Assembly: GCA_047602425.1 (NCBI GenBank)
Contig: JASGHG010000001.1
Span: 1,248,001-1,312,000, forward strand
DNA from: Nibricoccus sp.
GTDB lineage: Bacteria; Verrucomicrobiota; Verrucomicrobiia; Opitutales; Opitutaceae
Reading direction: 5' to 3'
Length of the DNA: 64,000 nucleotides
Part shown: positions 9,501 through 17,225 of the stretch, in pieces
Layout: each line of letters starts with the position of its first letter
Numbering within the stretch: position 1 is the first letter of the stretch
The notes under the pieces: generated by a model
Database searches by the model: none
What the model was told of the DNA's origin: nothing
Seen by the model: only the letters and a program-made list of their open reading frames with translations
Translations under genes and position numbers: made by a program

Positions 9501-9863
9501 ACCAATTGGATGCAGAGCCGCATCGACAATGGCGATGTCATCGTCACCTACGTCGATGGCTCCATGGATCGCCTGGCGCTTCACAATCCTACGACGTGGT
9601 GGCCCCTCGAGCAGGACTATTTCATCGACGACTATCAGTTCAAAAACAACGCGCCGCTGCCGCCGCGTATCGACCTAAAAACCGGCAAAGTTCGCCTGCT
9701 AGATCCAAAAACCTTTAAAGGCCAGGGCCGCGAAGTCCCCGGCGGCGCCGCGACCGCTCTAAAACTCCAGCTAGATCCAAAAAAGGAACTGCGCTCACTG
9801 ACGGTGCGCACTCTCTCCAACGAAGTTGTCATCGGACTGATGTCAGCGACGCTTCTTAGATAA
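6579..9863 (+). CDS. DUF4450-type protein, putative six-hairpin glycoside hydrolase
   Basis: Signal peptide; LRYRPEGTDFVIENG..FNRPLYG..AGDKPEF N-terminus; HGAIAWR..GWRGPY and YDMNLVYID motifs recalled for this family. Confidence 0.75.
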   Translation: MTFLRAVLLLSALASPCFAAFTAGLSPNLEGQLDRPLRYRPEGTDFVIENGSEFFNRPLYGGNTAFRVDAGDKPEFSLYLPGRGGNLRIGLRSSAGIKWLIDAQNIVSRYRPGSMIYMIRDPLLGDATLTLTALALHDREGLIVKVEPSDNALPVELVWAYGGVTGARGKRDGDIGTEDVPIGAYFQLKPEFCRNNVFELTPTSFTLRSKPAVFVGLATGHTQFALADAAEWSNLSRLLSSADKSTEIPVVLGRTNLTSGNSTYIAILRVPGKTDDRSELATYREVKGEINSLTSTEPKPSSPPPTLDVANLPQLFTAAEQHFAQLRQQITIDTPDPFLNAAAGALNVAADAVWDEPQGVVMHGAIAWRSKLLGWRGPYSMDALGWHDRARRHFIYWAGRQNTSPIPDNVPPADENANLARSEAALHSNGDLSNSHYDMNLVYIDALFRHLLWTGDLGFARQVWPVIERHLAWERRLFRREFTIASGEKLPLYEAYAAIWASDDLQYHGGGTAHASAYNFYHNKMAARLARLLEKDASPYEHEAELIARGMRELLWMPDKGMFAEFKDYLGLQRIHPSAALWTFYHTIDSEVTTPEEAVQMSRYVDQEIPHIPVRGPGVPENLHVLSTSNWMPYTWSINNVVMGEINHSALAFWQAGRADEAYQLLKSALTASMFMGISPGNVGSMNYLDVYRREAQRDFADGSGVTSRAIIEGLFGLKPDLLADELAIAPGFPSEWTHARLQHSDLDFSFERESNTDTYRIVSRFPKPVRLRVTLFTSHNASLMSVNAQPIELNSRHYSSDRVEFTAPAATSFEIKIVWSEKSLPTASLTSPKRLAVPQKQAKKFVSWDSPISSETRLDPVNLAPFFNDSVTQIFKNEYRSPRSPFASLAIPKQGIGAWAGFVNATAEIDDSGLRAVTKANNGRLVMPNGVPFATPAEGKNIVFTSQWDNYPREATIPLNGHASHIFLLMAGSTNWMQSRIDNGDVIVTYVDGSMDRLALHNPTTWWPLEQDYFIDDYQFKNNAPLPPRIDLKTGKVRLLDPKTFKGQGREVPGGAATALKLQLDPKKELRSLTVRTLSNEVVIGLMSATLLR

Positions 9864-9950
9864 ATTGCGCACAACCGAAACCAGTGGAACCGACAAGATC
9901 GGCGTCCGCTCGATATTAAACGGTACGATGAGTCGTCAGCCTCAACGCAA

Positions 9951-11396
9951 TCAAGGCGCGCCGCTTGTGCGAATTTCGAAACTATCCTCGCTGATCCATA
10001 CCTTCACGTCACCGTGCAAGCCACTGACGTAGGTTGGAATTTTCCGCGTGGTGAAATATTCCCGGGCGCGCTTGCTGCGTAACGAGTACCAAAGATCCCG
10101 CGGCGAAGGCACCAAGGCGGCCTTGGGCGCCACTCGATCAAAAAATTCATTGGGAGCCAGTCCGTCCGTTCCATGATGCGGCACTTTCAACAGATCAGCC
10201 CGCAAATCGAAATCGCTCGTTGCCAGCCACGTGCCAAGCGCGGTGTTCAAGTCGCCCGTGAACAAGGCCTTGATGCGGCCGTGCCGGAGACGCAAAAGCA
10301 TGCTTGTATCATTTACATCGGTTCGGCCGATGGGAGAGTTGATCGCGTCATAGTGGCAAACGACTTCCAAAACCGAGGCCACTCCGTTCTGTGTTACTTC
10401 AACGAGCTTCTCTCCGAATTGCGGCGTCCAATATGGGATGTTGTGATCGCGGAGAAATTTCAGCATGCTTTGCACGTCGTCCCAGTTGCACCCCCAAGGT
10501 ATTTCCACGTCGGCAATTTCGCGCGAGGCGGGCAGATTGAGGACCACGCGATCGACTGTGATGCCACTATTGATGAGGTCGATCAAGCGACCGTAGTGAT
10601 CCCAATGCACGTGACTGAGCACGACCAAATCGAGATGAGCCACGCCGGCTTGCTGCAAAGAATTAAGCGCCGCACCTTGCGCGTCCCAACCTTCCGCCGC
10701 ATCGATCAAAACCTTTTTGCCATCGGGAAATTCCAATAAGTGGCAATCCGCCTGCCCTACTTTTGGACTCACGTTGAACATCGTCCAGATCGTGGCTTTT
10801 GACTGCGGCGCGGGATCCTTGCAGAACACCTTCACTTCCGACCACATGTCGGCCACCGCTTCAGAAGAAGCCAGCGAGACGGCCGCGGAAAGATCAGGCA
10901 CAGATGGAACCGCCTGCACCGCGCTGACCAGCGCCATCGGAGTCAAAACGAAATTTGTAGCGATGGCACGAGGTTCGGCCATCGTGTTAATCTGTACCGC
11001 CGACAGAGCCCGACGTCTCGTTGCGATTACTGGGGTATGGCTGCCACCCAGTGGAACCGACGTAACCTCCTTCCTCGGTGCGATGCCCCGGCTGCGCTGA
11101 ACCTCCATTGAGGCATGGAGCGCCGCGCTTCTTTCGCCAACCGTCGCCGCAGCATCGCGTGACGAAATTTCCGCAACACTGCGAGAATCCATGCGTGAAA
11201 TTTCCACCCGCTCAGCCGGTACCGCCAAAACGCGGTCAATGGCTTTTCCGGATTGGCCCACCGGCTTCAAACGGCGGATGGCCGATGTCGGCTGAGCGCT
11301 ACTTTGCCGAAAATCGGACTTTGGGTTTGGAAGATGGGCGGAGGTTAAAAGAAGGATGCCGATTCCGATGAAACCGACCGTGAAAAGTAAACGCAT
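9951..11396 (-). CDS. ComEC/Rec2-like MBL-fold metallohydrolase, secreted
   Basis: VGQAD, LIDA, SHVHWDHYG (HxHxDH), NDTS, FTGD, KVPHHG; signal peptide followed by a long low-complexity region. Confidence 0.85.
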   Translation of the reverse strand: MRLLFTVGFIGIGILLLTSAHLPNPKSDFRQSSAQPTSAIRRLKPVGQSGKAIDRVLAVPAERVEISRMDSRSVAEISSRDAAATVGERSAALHASMEVQRSRGIAPRKEVTSVPLGGSHTPVIATRRRALSAVQINTMAEPRAIATNFVLTPMALVSAVQAVPSVPDLSAAVSLASSEAVADMWSEVKVFCKDPAPQSKATIWTMFNVSPKVGQADCHLLEFPDGKKVLIDAAEGWDAQGAALNSLQQAGVAHLDLVVLSHVHWDHYGRLIDLINSGITVDRVVLNLPASREIADVEIPWGCNWDDVQSMLKFLRDHNIPYWTPQFGEKLVEVTQNGVASVLEVVCHYDAINSPIGRTDVNDTSMLLRLRHGRIKALFTGDLNTALGTWLATSDFDLRADLLKVPHHGTDGLAPNEFFDRVAPKAALVPSPRDLWYSLRSKRAREYFTTRKIPTYVSGLHGDVKVWISEDSFEIRTSGAP

Positions 11397-12054
11397 GGGG
11401 AGATTTTTTGGGGTAAGGCTGCCGTTTTCGCCTTCTGCTGGACCTATAACGGCTCAATTTTTGAAAAATTTATCAAAAACTACTGCATGTCTGCCATATT
11501 CCAATCAGCAAATTTCTATTTGTATTTACCTAATATATAGCAACTTATGTACTAAATCAGCGTGTTTTATATTGCTTATAAGCAAGTACTTCGACCCTGT
11601 TTTCATATATCGTTGGCTGCCAGCTGAATCTACCTTTATTTAGGTAGCCGCCTACTAGTTTTTACGGAAATTGGTCGCCATTCCGCGCCTGCGGCTACGG
11701 GAAAAATGGCGGAAGCTCTCAATTTGAATGTCACCTGCGCATCTCAGAAATGGGTAAAATTCCGTCCTCTTTTGCCCGACCCCGCGGCTGCGATCTTCGG
11801 TTGTTTTACCTCAAGCACTTGGTTTTTGAAAGGTCGGCCCTGCGTGAGAGTCAGATACAGCAACACTTCGAAAGCGCGGAATGTCGCCCATCAATTTAAA
11901 ACGAAACGTCGGTAAATGAAGCCATCTGCGGAACATCAACTGGCCGCAAACCTAGCGAATTCGTCGGCGAAGGGCTCTTCCACGTTTGCCATTCTTTTCT
12001 GACTTCCCGGAGTTCCAGGTTTCACATTCGCCGATTTATGATACACGAGAGCCA

Positions 12055-12363
12055 ATGAAGAAAACCTTCCCTCTCAAACGGCCTGGCGTCGCCGACGCCC
12101 GTGTCGTTGATGCTGTCAAATTCGAGCTGCGCAAATATCTAAAACGCGAGCGCCGAAAAAAATTTCCTGAAGGTTTTGATCAGTGGAATTTCGCCTGCAA
12201 GGTCGGCTCGGATCAGACGGCTGCGGCAACCAAGGCCGTCGAAGAAGTTTTTTCCGCTCTCGATGCCATTGCCCAGTCCGGAAGTTCGCAGGTCTACGTC
12301 GAAATTCTCGCCAGCGCGGGCAAGCGTTTCCCGGCCAACAATACGCCAGTGCCACCAGCATAA
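12055..12363 (+). CDS. DUF6172-like small protein
   Basis: MKKTF...VKFELRKYLKRERRKKFPEGFDQWNFACKVG...YVEILA pattern. Confidence 0.7.
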   Translation: MKKTFPLKRPGVADARVVDAVKFELRKYLKRERRKKFPEGFDQWNFACKVGSDQTAAATKAVEEVFSALDAIAQSGSSQVYVEILASAGKRFPANNTPVPPA

Positions 12364-12421
12364 CCACCTGCCTGATTCTGGAATTGTCGAATCGCAGCAG
12401 ATTGCGAGCTCCGATATTCGA

Positions 12422-13063
12422 TCAATTTCCGACAAAGCCCAAGGCTTCCAGCTCGCTAAGATGAAACGGCGCGCTCGCAAGCACTTCTTGAAGTTTCGCC
12501 AGCGCGTCCGGCAAATTTTGTGCGTTATAGGTTGCCGCTCCGTCGTCTGAGTCGTGCAGATGAACCGTCCACGCGCCGGCGTTCATCTCATGAACAAAGC
12601 CAAAGAGATAATTCCCAGGCAGCCCCGGATGAATCCCTCCGCCCGGCACGAGAAAGAGCGAGTGCACCGGATCGTGGATGACCGCTCCGTCGTGTTTCGA
12701 GCGGTGATGCGCCGGCTTGCCCGCCACTGCGAGGCGTTTGCTTTCGGCGCGCATTCGCAGTGCGTCCGGTAGCGACGGCACGTAGCGGTCGAAAATGCGT
12801 GCATTTTTTTCGAGCGCATCGGGTGCGATCTGACCTGCGATGAGAGCTTCCAGATTTTCCGCGTGAAATGCCGGCTGCTTCGCCAGCGAGCGGGCCGTGA
12901 CGAATCCGTCCTTGTGATCCGCTGAGGCATAGACCTGCTGCGTCGAAAGCAGCCGTTTGAGCGCATCCTGATGCGTCAGCGTTCGTGGCACCGCACCGAC
13001 CGGACTGTGCTCGATCAAATCCAAAACCGCATGTTCGAACTCCGCGTGGGCATCGTGGGGCAT
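12422..13063 (-). CDS. Hypothetical protein
   Basis: ATG at 13063; globular-looking 213-aa product; occupies the gap between two + strand genes. Confidence 0.65.
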   Translation of the reverse strand: MPHDAHAEFEHAVLDLIEHSPVGAVPRTLTHQDALKRLLSTQQVYASADHKDGFVTARSLAKQPAFHAENLEALIAGQIAPDALEKNARIFDRYVPSLPDALRMRAESKRLAVAGKPAHHRSKHDGAVIHDPVHSLFLVPGGGIHPGLPGNYLFGFVHEMNAGAWTVHLHDSDDGAATYNAQNLPDALAKLQEVLASAPFHLSELEALGFVGN

Positions 13064-13216
13064 GCACAATGGTTAAAGTACCGCTCGCCGCATGACGAGG
13101 CCTATCTCGCGACGCGCTTTTCATCCAACGGTCAACAAGGCACGCCGTTGACGCCTGCGCCCGCGGCGATGTTGATCACCCCTGCTTCGCAATCGCCCCG
13201 CGTTTCCTTTCTTCGC

Positions 13217-16200
13217 ATGAACCCACTGAAGACCCTGCTCCCCATCCTCTGGTTTTTTCTCGCGCTGGCTGCGCCGCTCTCCGCCGCGACTGTCGCCAAA
13301 CATCTCCGCTGCGAATACCGGGTCGATCCCATGGGCATTGGCGAAACGCGTCCCCGGCTCAACTGGATCATCGCGGCCGATGAGTCCGCGCGCGGCGTGA
13401 AACAAACCGCCTTCCAAATCCTTGTTGCCTCCACGCCCGAACTTCTCGCCAAGGACAACGCCGATCTCTGGGACTCCGGCAAGGTCGCCTCCGACCGCAT
13501 GCAGGTCGAATACGCCGGCAAGCCCCTCGCCGCCCGCCAAGCCTGCGTCTGGAAAGTCCGCCTCTGGGACGAGTCCGGCCGTCCCACCGCCTGGAGCCAG
13601 CCCGCGCGTTTCTCCATCGGACTTCTCACCGTAACCGACTGGCAGGCCCAATGGATCGGCCTCGACGCCGAACCGCAATCGCTCGACGCCGCCCTCGACA
13701 ACGCCACCCGCGAAAAACTCGGCCGTCAGCCGTGGGTTTACGCCGATCTTCCCGAATCGAAAACCGGCCCGCTCTCCGCCTGCCTGCGCGGCACGTTCAC
13801 CGTCGATCCCGCTCGCAAACCCACGCAAGCGCTCCTCGCCGTCGTGCCCGACCAGCGTTGCACGGTCACGCTCAACGGCCGTGTCGTCGCTGCGCTCACG
13901 CGCTGGCAACAGCTCACACCCTTCGATGTAACCGATCAGCTCGTCACCGGCAATAACGCCATTGGTCTCGAAATCGTCCAGCACGACGGTCACCCGCCCG
14001 CCGCCCTCGGGGCTGTTTTTCTCCGGTTCGCTGACGGCACGACGCAAACCGTCGCGATCGACACGACGTGGAAATTCTCCGTCACACCCGCACCCGGCTG
14101 GACGACCGCCGACTTCGACGCCACCAATTGGAAACCCGTCGTCGCCCCACCCGCCAAACGCAACCCGTGGGATGGACCGCCGCAAACTTTCACTTACTGG
14201 CTGCCGCCCGCCGCGCAGTTGCGGAAGGATTTCGCGCTCACGAAAATCGTTCGCCGCGCCACCCTTTATGCCACCGCACTCGGCGCCTACGAGCTTCACC
14301 TCAACGGTCAACGCGTCGGCCGCGACCTGCTCACGCCCGGCTGGACCGATTTCAACAAGCGCGTGCAGTACCAAACCTACGACGTCACCGCCCAACTTCG
14401 TTCCGGGCAAAATGCCCTCGGCGCCGTCCTCGGCGACGGCTGGTATGCGAGTGTGCTCGGCTACACTGGCAAGCGGTATTTCTACGGCGGATACCCGCGG
14501 TTGCTCGCCCAACTCGACATCGAATACACCGACGGTTCGCGCGAAACTCTCGCGACCGACTCCACTTGGCGCGGCACCACGGCTGGCCCGATTCGCTCCG
14601 CTGATTTGATGCAGGGCTGCACTTTCGACGCACGTCTGAAAAACGATGATTGGGCCAACCCGAAAACCGACACGGCCGCCTGGCAACCTGTCGCCATCGG
14701 TCTTCGATCGCTCGAACCGGAAAAACCGCTCGCAAAATTCCAAATCGAGGCCGCCAACGCCGACGCCGCACGCGCCATCGAGGAACTTCCCGCCTGTTCC
14801 ATAACCGAACCACGCCCCGGAGCCTATACTTTCGACTTGGGACAAAACATCACGGGCTGGGTCCGCCTGAAAGTCTCCGGACGCCCCGGCCAGAAAATCA
14901 TGGTCCGCCATGGCGAAGCGTTGAATCCCGATGGCTCGCTCTACACTTCCAATCTCCGCGGAGCGAACGCCACCGACGTGTACTTCCCGCGCGGCGACGG
15001 CATCGAAACGCTGGAGCCATTTTCCACGTTCCACGGTTTCCGCTATGTCGAGGTCACCGGTCTCGAAACCAAACCGGCCCTCGACGCCGTCACAGGCATC
15101 GTCGTTCACTCCGCAATGGAGCGCACCGGTACCTTCGAATGTTCCAGCCCACTCGTGAACCGGCTTTTTCAAAATATCATCTGGGGCCAAAAGGGGAACT
15201 ATCTCGAAGTACCAACCGATTGCCCGCAGCGCGACGAACGCGCCGGCTGGAGTGGCGACGCGCAGTTCTTCGTTCGCACCGGCACGTACAATTTTGACGT
15301 CGCCGCCTTCATGGCCCGCTGGCTCACCACGCTCGCCGTCGACTCGCAGTTGCCCGAAGGCTCCATCGCCAACGTCGCTCCCGCTTTCGGCGGACTCTGG
15401 GCTTCGCCCGGCTGGGGCGGCGACGGCGTGATCGTCTGCGTGCACGAATTGTATCGAACTTATGGAGACACGCGCGTGATCGCTCACAACTACGACGCCA
15501 TGGCGCGCTACCTCACGTGGCTCGCCGGCGAGAAAAAGCCCGGTGGCATCCGCCTGCGCGAACTCGGGGATCACCTCAACCTCGGCGGCGGCGCCAACTT
15601 GAACGCACTTCGCGTCGCCCACCGCGCTCACCTGAACCAGCTCATGGCCGAAATGGCCGCCGCGCTCGGCCGCAACGACGACGCAGCCTCTTACTCCGCG
15701 GCCCACGCCGAGGCCAAAGCCGAGTTTCAGCGCGATTACGTTCTGCCCGACGGTTCCATCCGCGAAAGCGGCCAGACGGGTTACGCGCTCGCGTTTTCGA
15801 TGAACCTGCTCGCCGACGGAACCAAGCCGCGCGTCACGGAAAAGTTCGTCGACGAAATCAAAAAGCACAACTGGCACCTTGCCACCGGCTTCATCGGCAC
15901 GCCCCGCCTCCTGCCCGCGCTGCACCTCGCCGGTCGCGACGACGTCGCCTACAAACTTCTGCTCCAGGAAACTTTCCCCTCGTGGCTCTTTCAGGTGAAG
16001 AACGGAGCCACCACGGTCTGGGAACGTTGGGACGGCTGGACGCCCGAAAAAGGCTTCCAAACCATCGCGATGAACTCGTTCAACCACTATGCCTTTGGCT
16101 CTGTCGGCGAGTTCCTGTATCGCCAGATCGCCGGCATCGACGCCGGCTCGCCCGGCTTCCGCACCATCGTGATCCGCCCCACAATCAGCGAAGGCCTGAC

Positions 16201-16468
16201 TTCGGCTCGTGCTACCTACAACTCCGTTTCCGGCCCCATCTTCAGTGCGTGGAAACTCGACGGCAACAAGCTCACGCTCGACGTCGAAATCCCACCCAAC
16301 ACCACCGCCACGATCCGCGTCCCCGCCTCCTCCGCCGAGGTCGTGAAGGAAAACGGCCAACCCGCCGCCAAGGCCAAAGGCATCACCTTCGAGCGCTTCG
16401 AAAACAGCGCCGCTGTTTTCAGCACCGGTTCCGGCAAGTATCACTTTACATCAACGATCAGTCCGTAA
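13217..16468 (+). CDS. Alpha-L-rhamnosidase, GH78
   Basis: LRCEYRVDPMGI N-terminus, LTPGWTDF, TFHGFRYVEV, PTDCPQRDERAGWSGD, GATTVWERW, MNSFNHYAFG; signal peptide from ATG 13217. Confidence 0.95.
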   Translation: MNPLKTLLPILWFFLALAAPLSAATVAKHLRCEYRVDPMGIGETRPRLNWIIAADESARGVKQTAFQILVASTPELLAKDNADLWDSGKVASDRMQVEYAGKPLAARQACVWKVRLWDESGRPTAWSQPARFSIGLLTVTDWQAQWIGLDAEPQSLDAALDNATREKLGRQPWVYADLPESKTGPLSACLRGTFTVDPARKPTQALLAVVPDQRCTVTLNGRVVAALTRWQQLTPFDVTDQLVTGNNAIGLEIVQHDGHPPAALGAVFLRFADGTTQTVAIDTTWKFSVTPAPGWTTADFDATNWKPVVAPPAKRNPWDGPPQTFTYWLPPAAQLRKDFALTKIVRRATLYATALGAYELHLNGQRVGRDLLTPGWTDFNKRVQYQTYDVTAQLRSGQNALGAVLGDGWYASVLGYTGKRYFYGGYPRLLAQLDIEYTDGSRETLATDSTWRGTTAGPIRSADLMQGCTFDARLKNDDWANPKTDTAAWQPVAIGLRSLEPEKPLAKFQIEAANADAARAIEELPACSITEPRPGAYTFDLGQNITGWVRLKVSGRPGQKIMVRHGEALNPDGSLYTSNLRGANATDVYFPRGDGIETLEPFSTFHGFRYVEVTGLETKPALDAVTGIVVHSAMERTGTFECSSPLVNRLFQNIIWGQKGNYLEVPTDCPQRDERAGWSGDAQFFVRTGTYNFDVAAFMARWLTTLAVDSQLPEGSIANVAPAFGGLWASPGWGGDGVIVCVHELYRTYGDTRVIAHNYDAMARYLTWLAGEKKPGGIRLRELGDHLNLGGGANLNALRVAHRAHLNQLMAEMAAALGRNDDAASYSAAHAEAKAEFQRDYVLPDGSIRESGQTGYALAFSMNLLADGTKPRVTEKFVDEIKKHNWHLATGFIGTPRLLPALHLAGRDDVAYKLLLQETFPSWLFQVKNGATTVWERWDGWTPEKGFQTIAMNSFNHYAFGSVGEFLYRQIAGIDAGSPGFRTIVIRPTISEGLTSARATYNSVSGPIFSAWKLDGNKLTLDVEIPPNTTATIRVPASSAEVVKENGQPAAKAKGITFERFENSAAVFSTGSGKYHFTSTISP

Positions 16469-16579
16469 GACCCCGAGTCAGCATCATCAAATACCTACGG
16501 AAATATAACCCGCGAACGTGATTCACCGACTCTAAAAGACCTCACGAGCAGGCTCACAATTCTAGTATCCCAAACTCAA

Positions 16580-17218
16580 ATGGCGTCCCGTAACATCACA
16601 GATTTACTTAACGAGTTCCGGGAGTGGATAGATGCCATTTATGGCACCTACCTCGATTCAGTAGATGCATTCCCTCTGCTGAAAGCTGAGAATGAAAAAG
16701 AAAAAAAAGAAATCGCGCATGAGCTACTGGGCTTATCCGATATAAACCAAGCATCGGAAAGAATAAGGCGCTCATATCCACGTCTAGTAAAAGGCGGCAA
16801 GGCAGAGCGAGAAATTCACTTACACTGCGCGGATATCGACACGGTGATTAAACGTAACGAGAGGGGCGGAAAGAACACGATTTTCTCGGCTAAAATGGCG
16901 GTGATTTCAATATTCGGATACTGGGAAGACCACATCAGAAAAAAGCTCGAACAAACCCTCAGCTCTGAGGCTGAATCGGTAAAAGTCCAAGCCCCGGTAC
17001 TGGGTGATCTATGCCTCATTCGCAACATGATCGTGCATAATCGGTCTAGGGCAGATGAAAACACACCAAGGCTAAAGATCCTTCACTGGTTTTCAGAAAA
17101 CGATGATATCAATCCCACCAAAGATCAGATCGAAGATCTCGTTGATCGGCTATTTGAATTTTCCCGCAGTTTCGAAACTGACTGTTCACCTTTTATTGTG
17201 AAGTCACAGAAACAGTAA
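16580..17218 (+). CDS. AT-richer orphan protein with a HEPN-like RxxxxH motif
   Basis: ISIFGYWEDHIR helix and IRNMIVHN (17021-17038); codon usage differs from neighbours. Confidence 0.6.
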   Translation: MASRNITDLLNEFREWIDAIYGTYLDSVDAFPLLKAENEKEKKEIAHELLGLSDINQASERIRRSYPRLVKGGKAEREIHLHCADIDTVIKRNERGGKNTIFSAKMAVISIFGYWEDHIRKKLEQTLSSEAESVKVQAPVLGDLCLIRNMIVHNRSRADENTPRLKILHWFSENDDINPTKDQIEDLVDRLFEFSRSFETDCSPFIVKSQKQ

Positions 17219-17225
17219 GTCATCC

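Noticed and set aside
11521..11560. Possible dif site (TTATGTACTAAAT resembles the XerD arm)
   Set aside because: Extra bases within the arm and no XerC arm at the right spacing.
13121..16444. 1107-aa antisense ORF opposite GH78
   Set aside because: Shadow frame expected from strong C/G third-position bias; no motifs; fully overlaps a well-supported gene.
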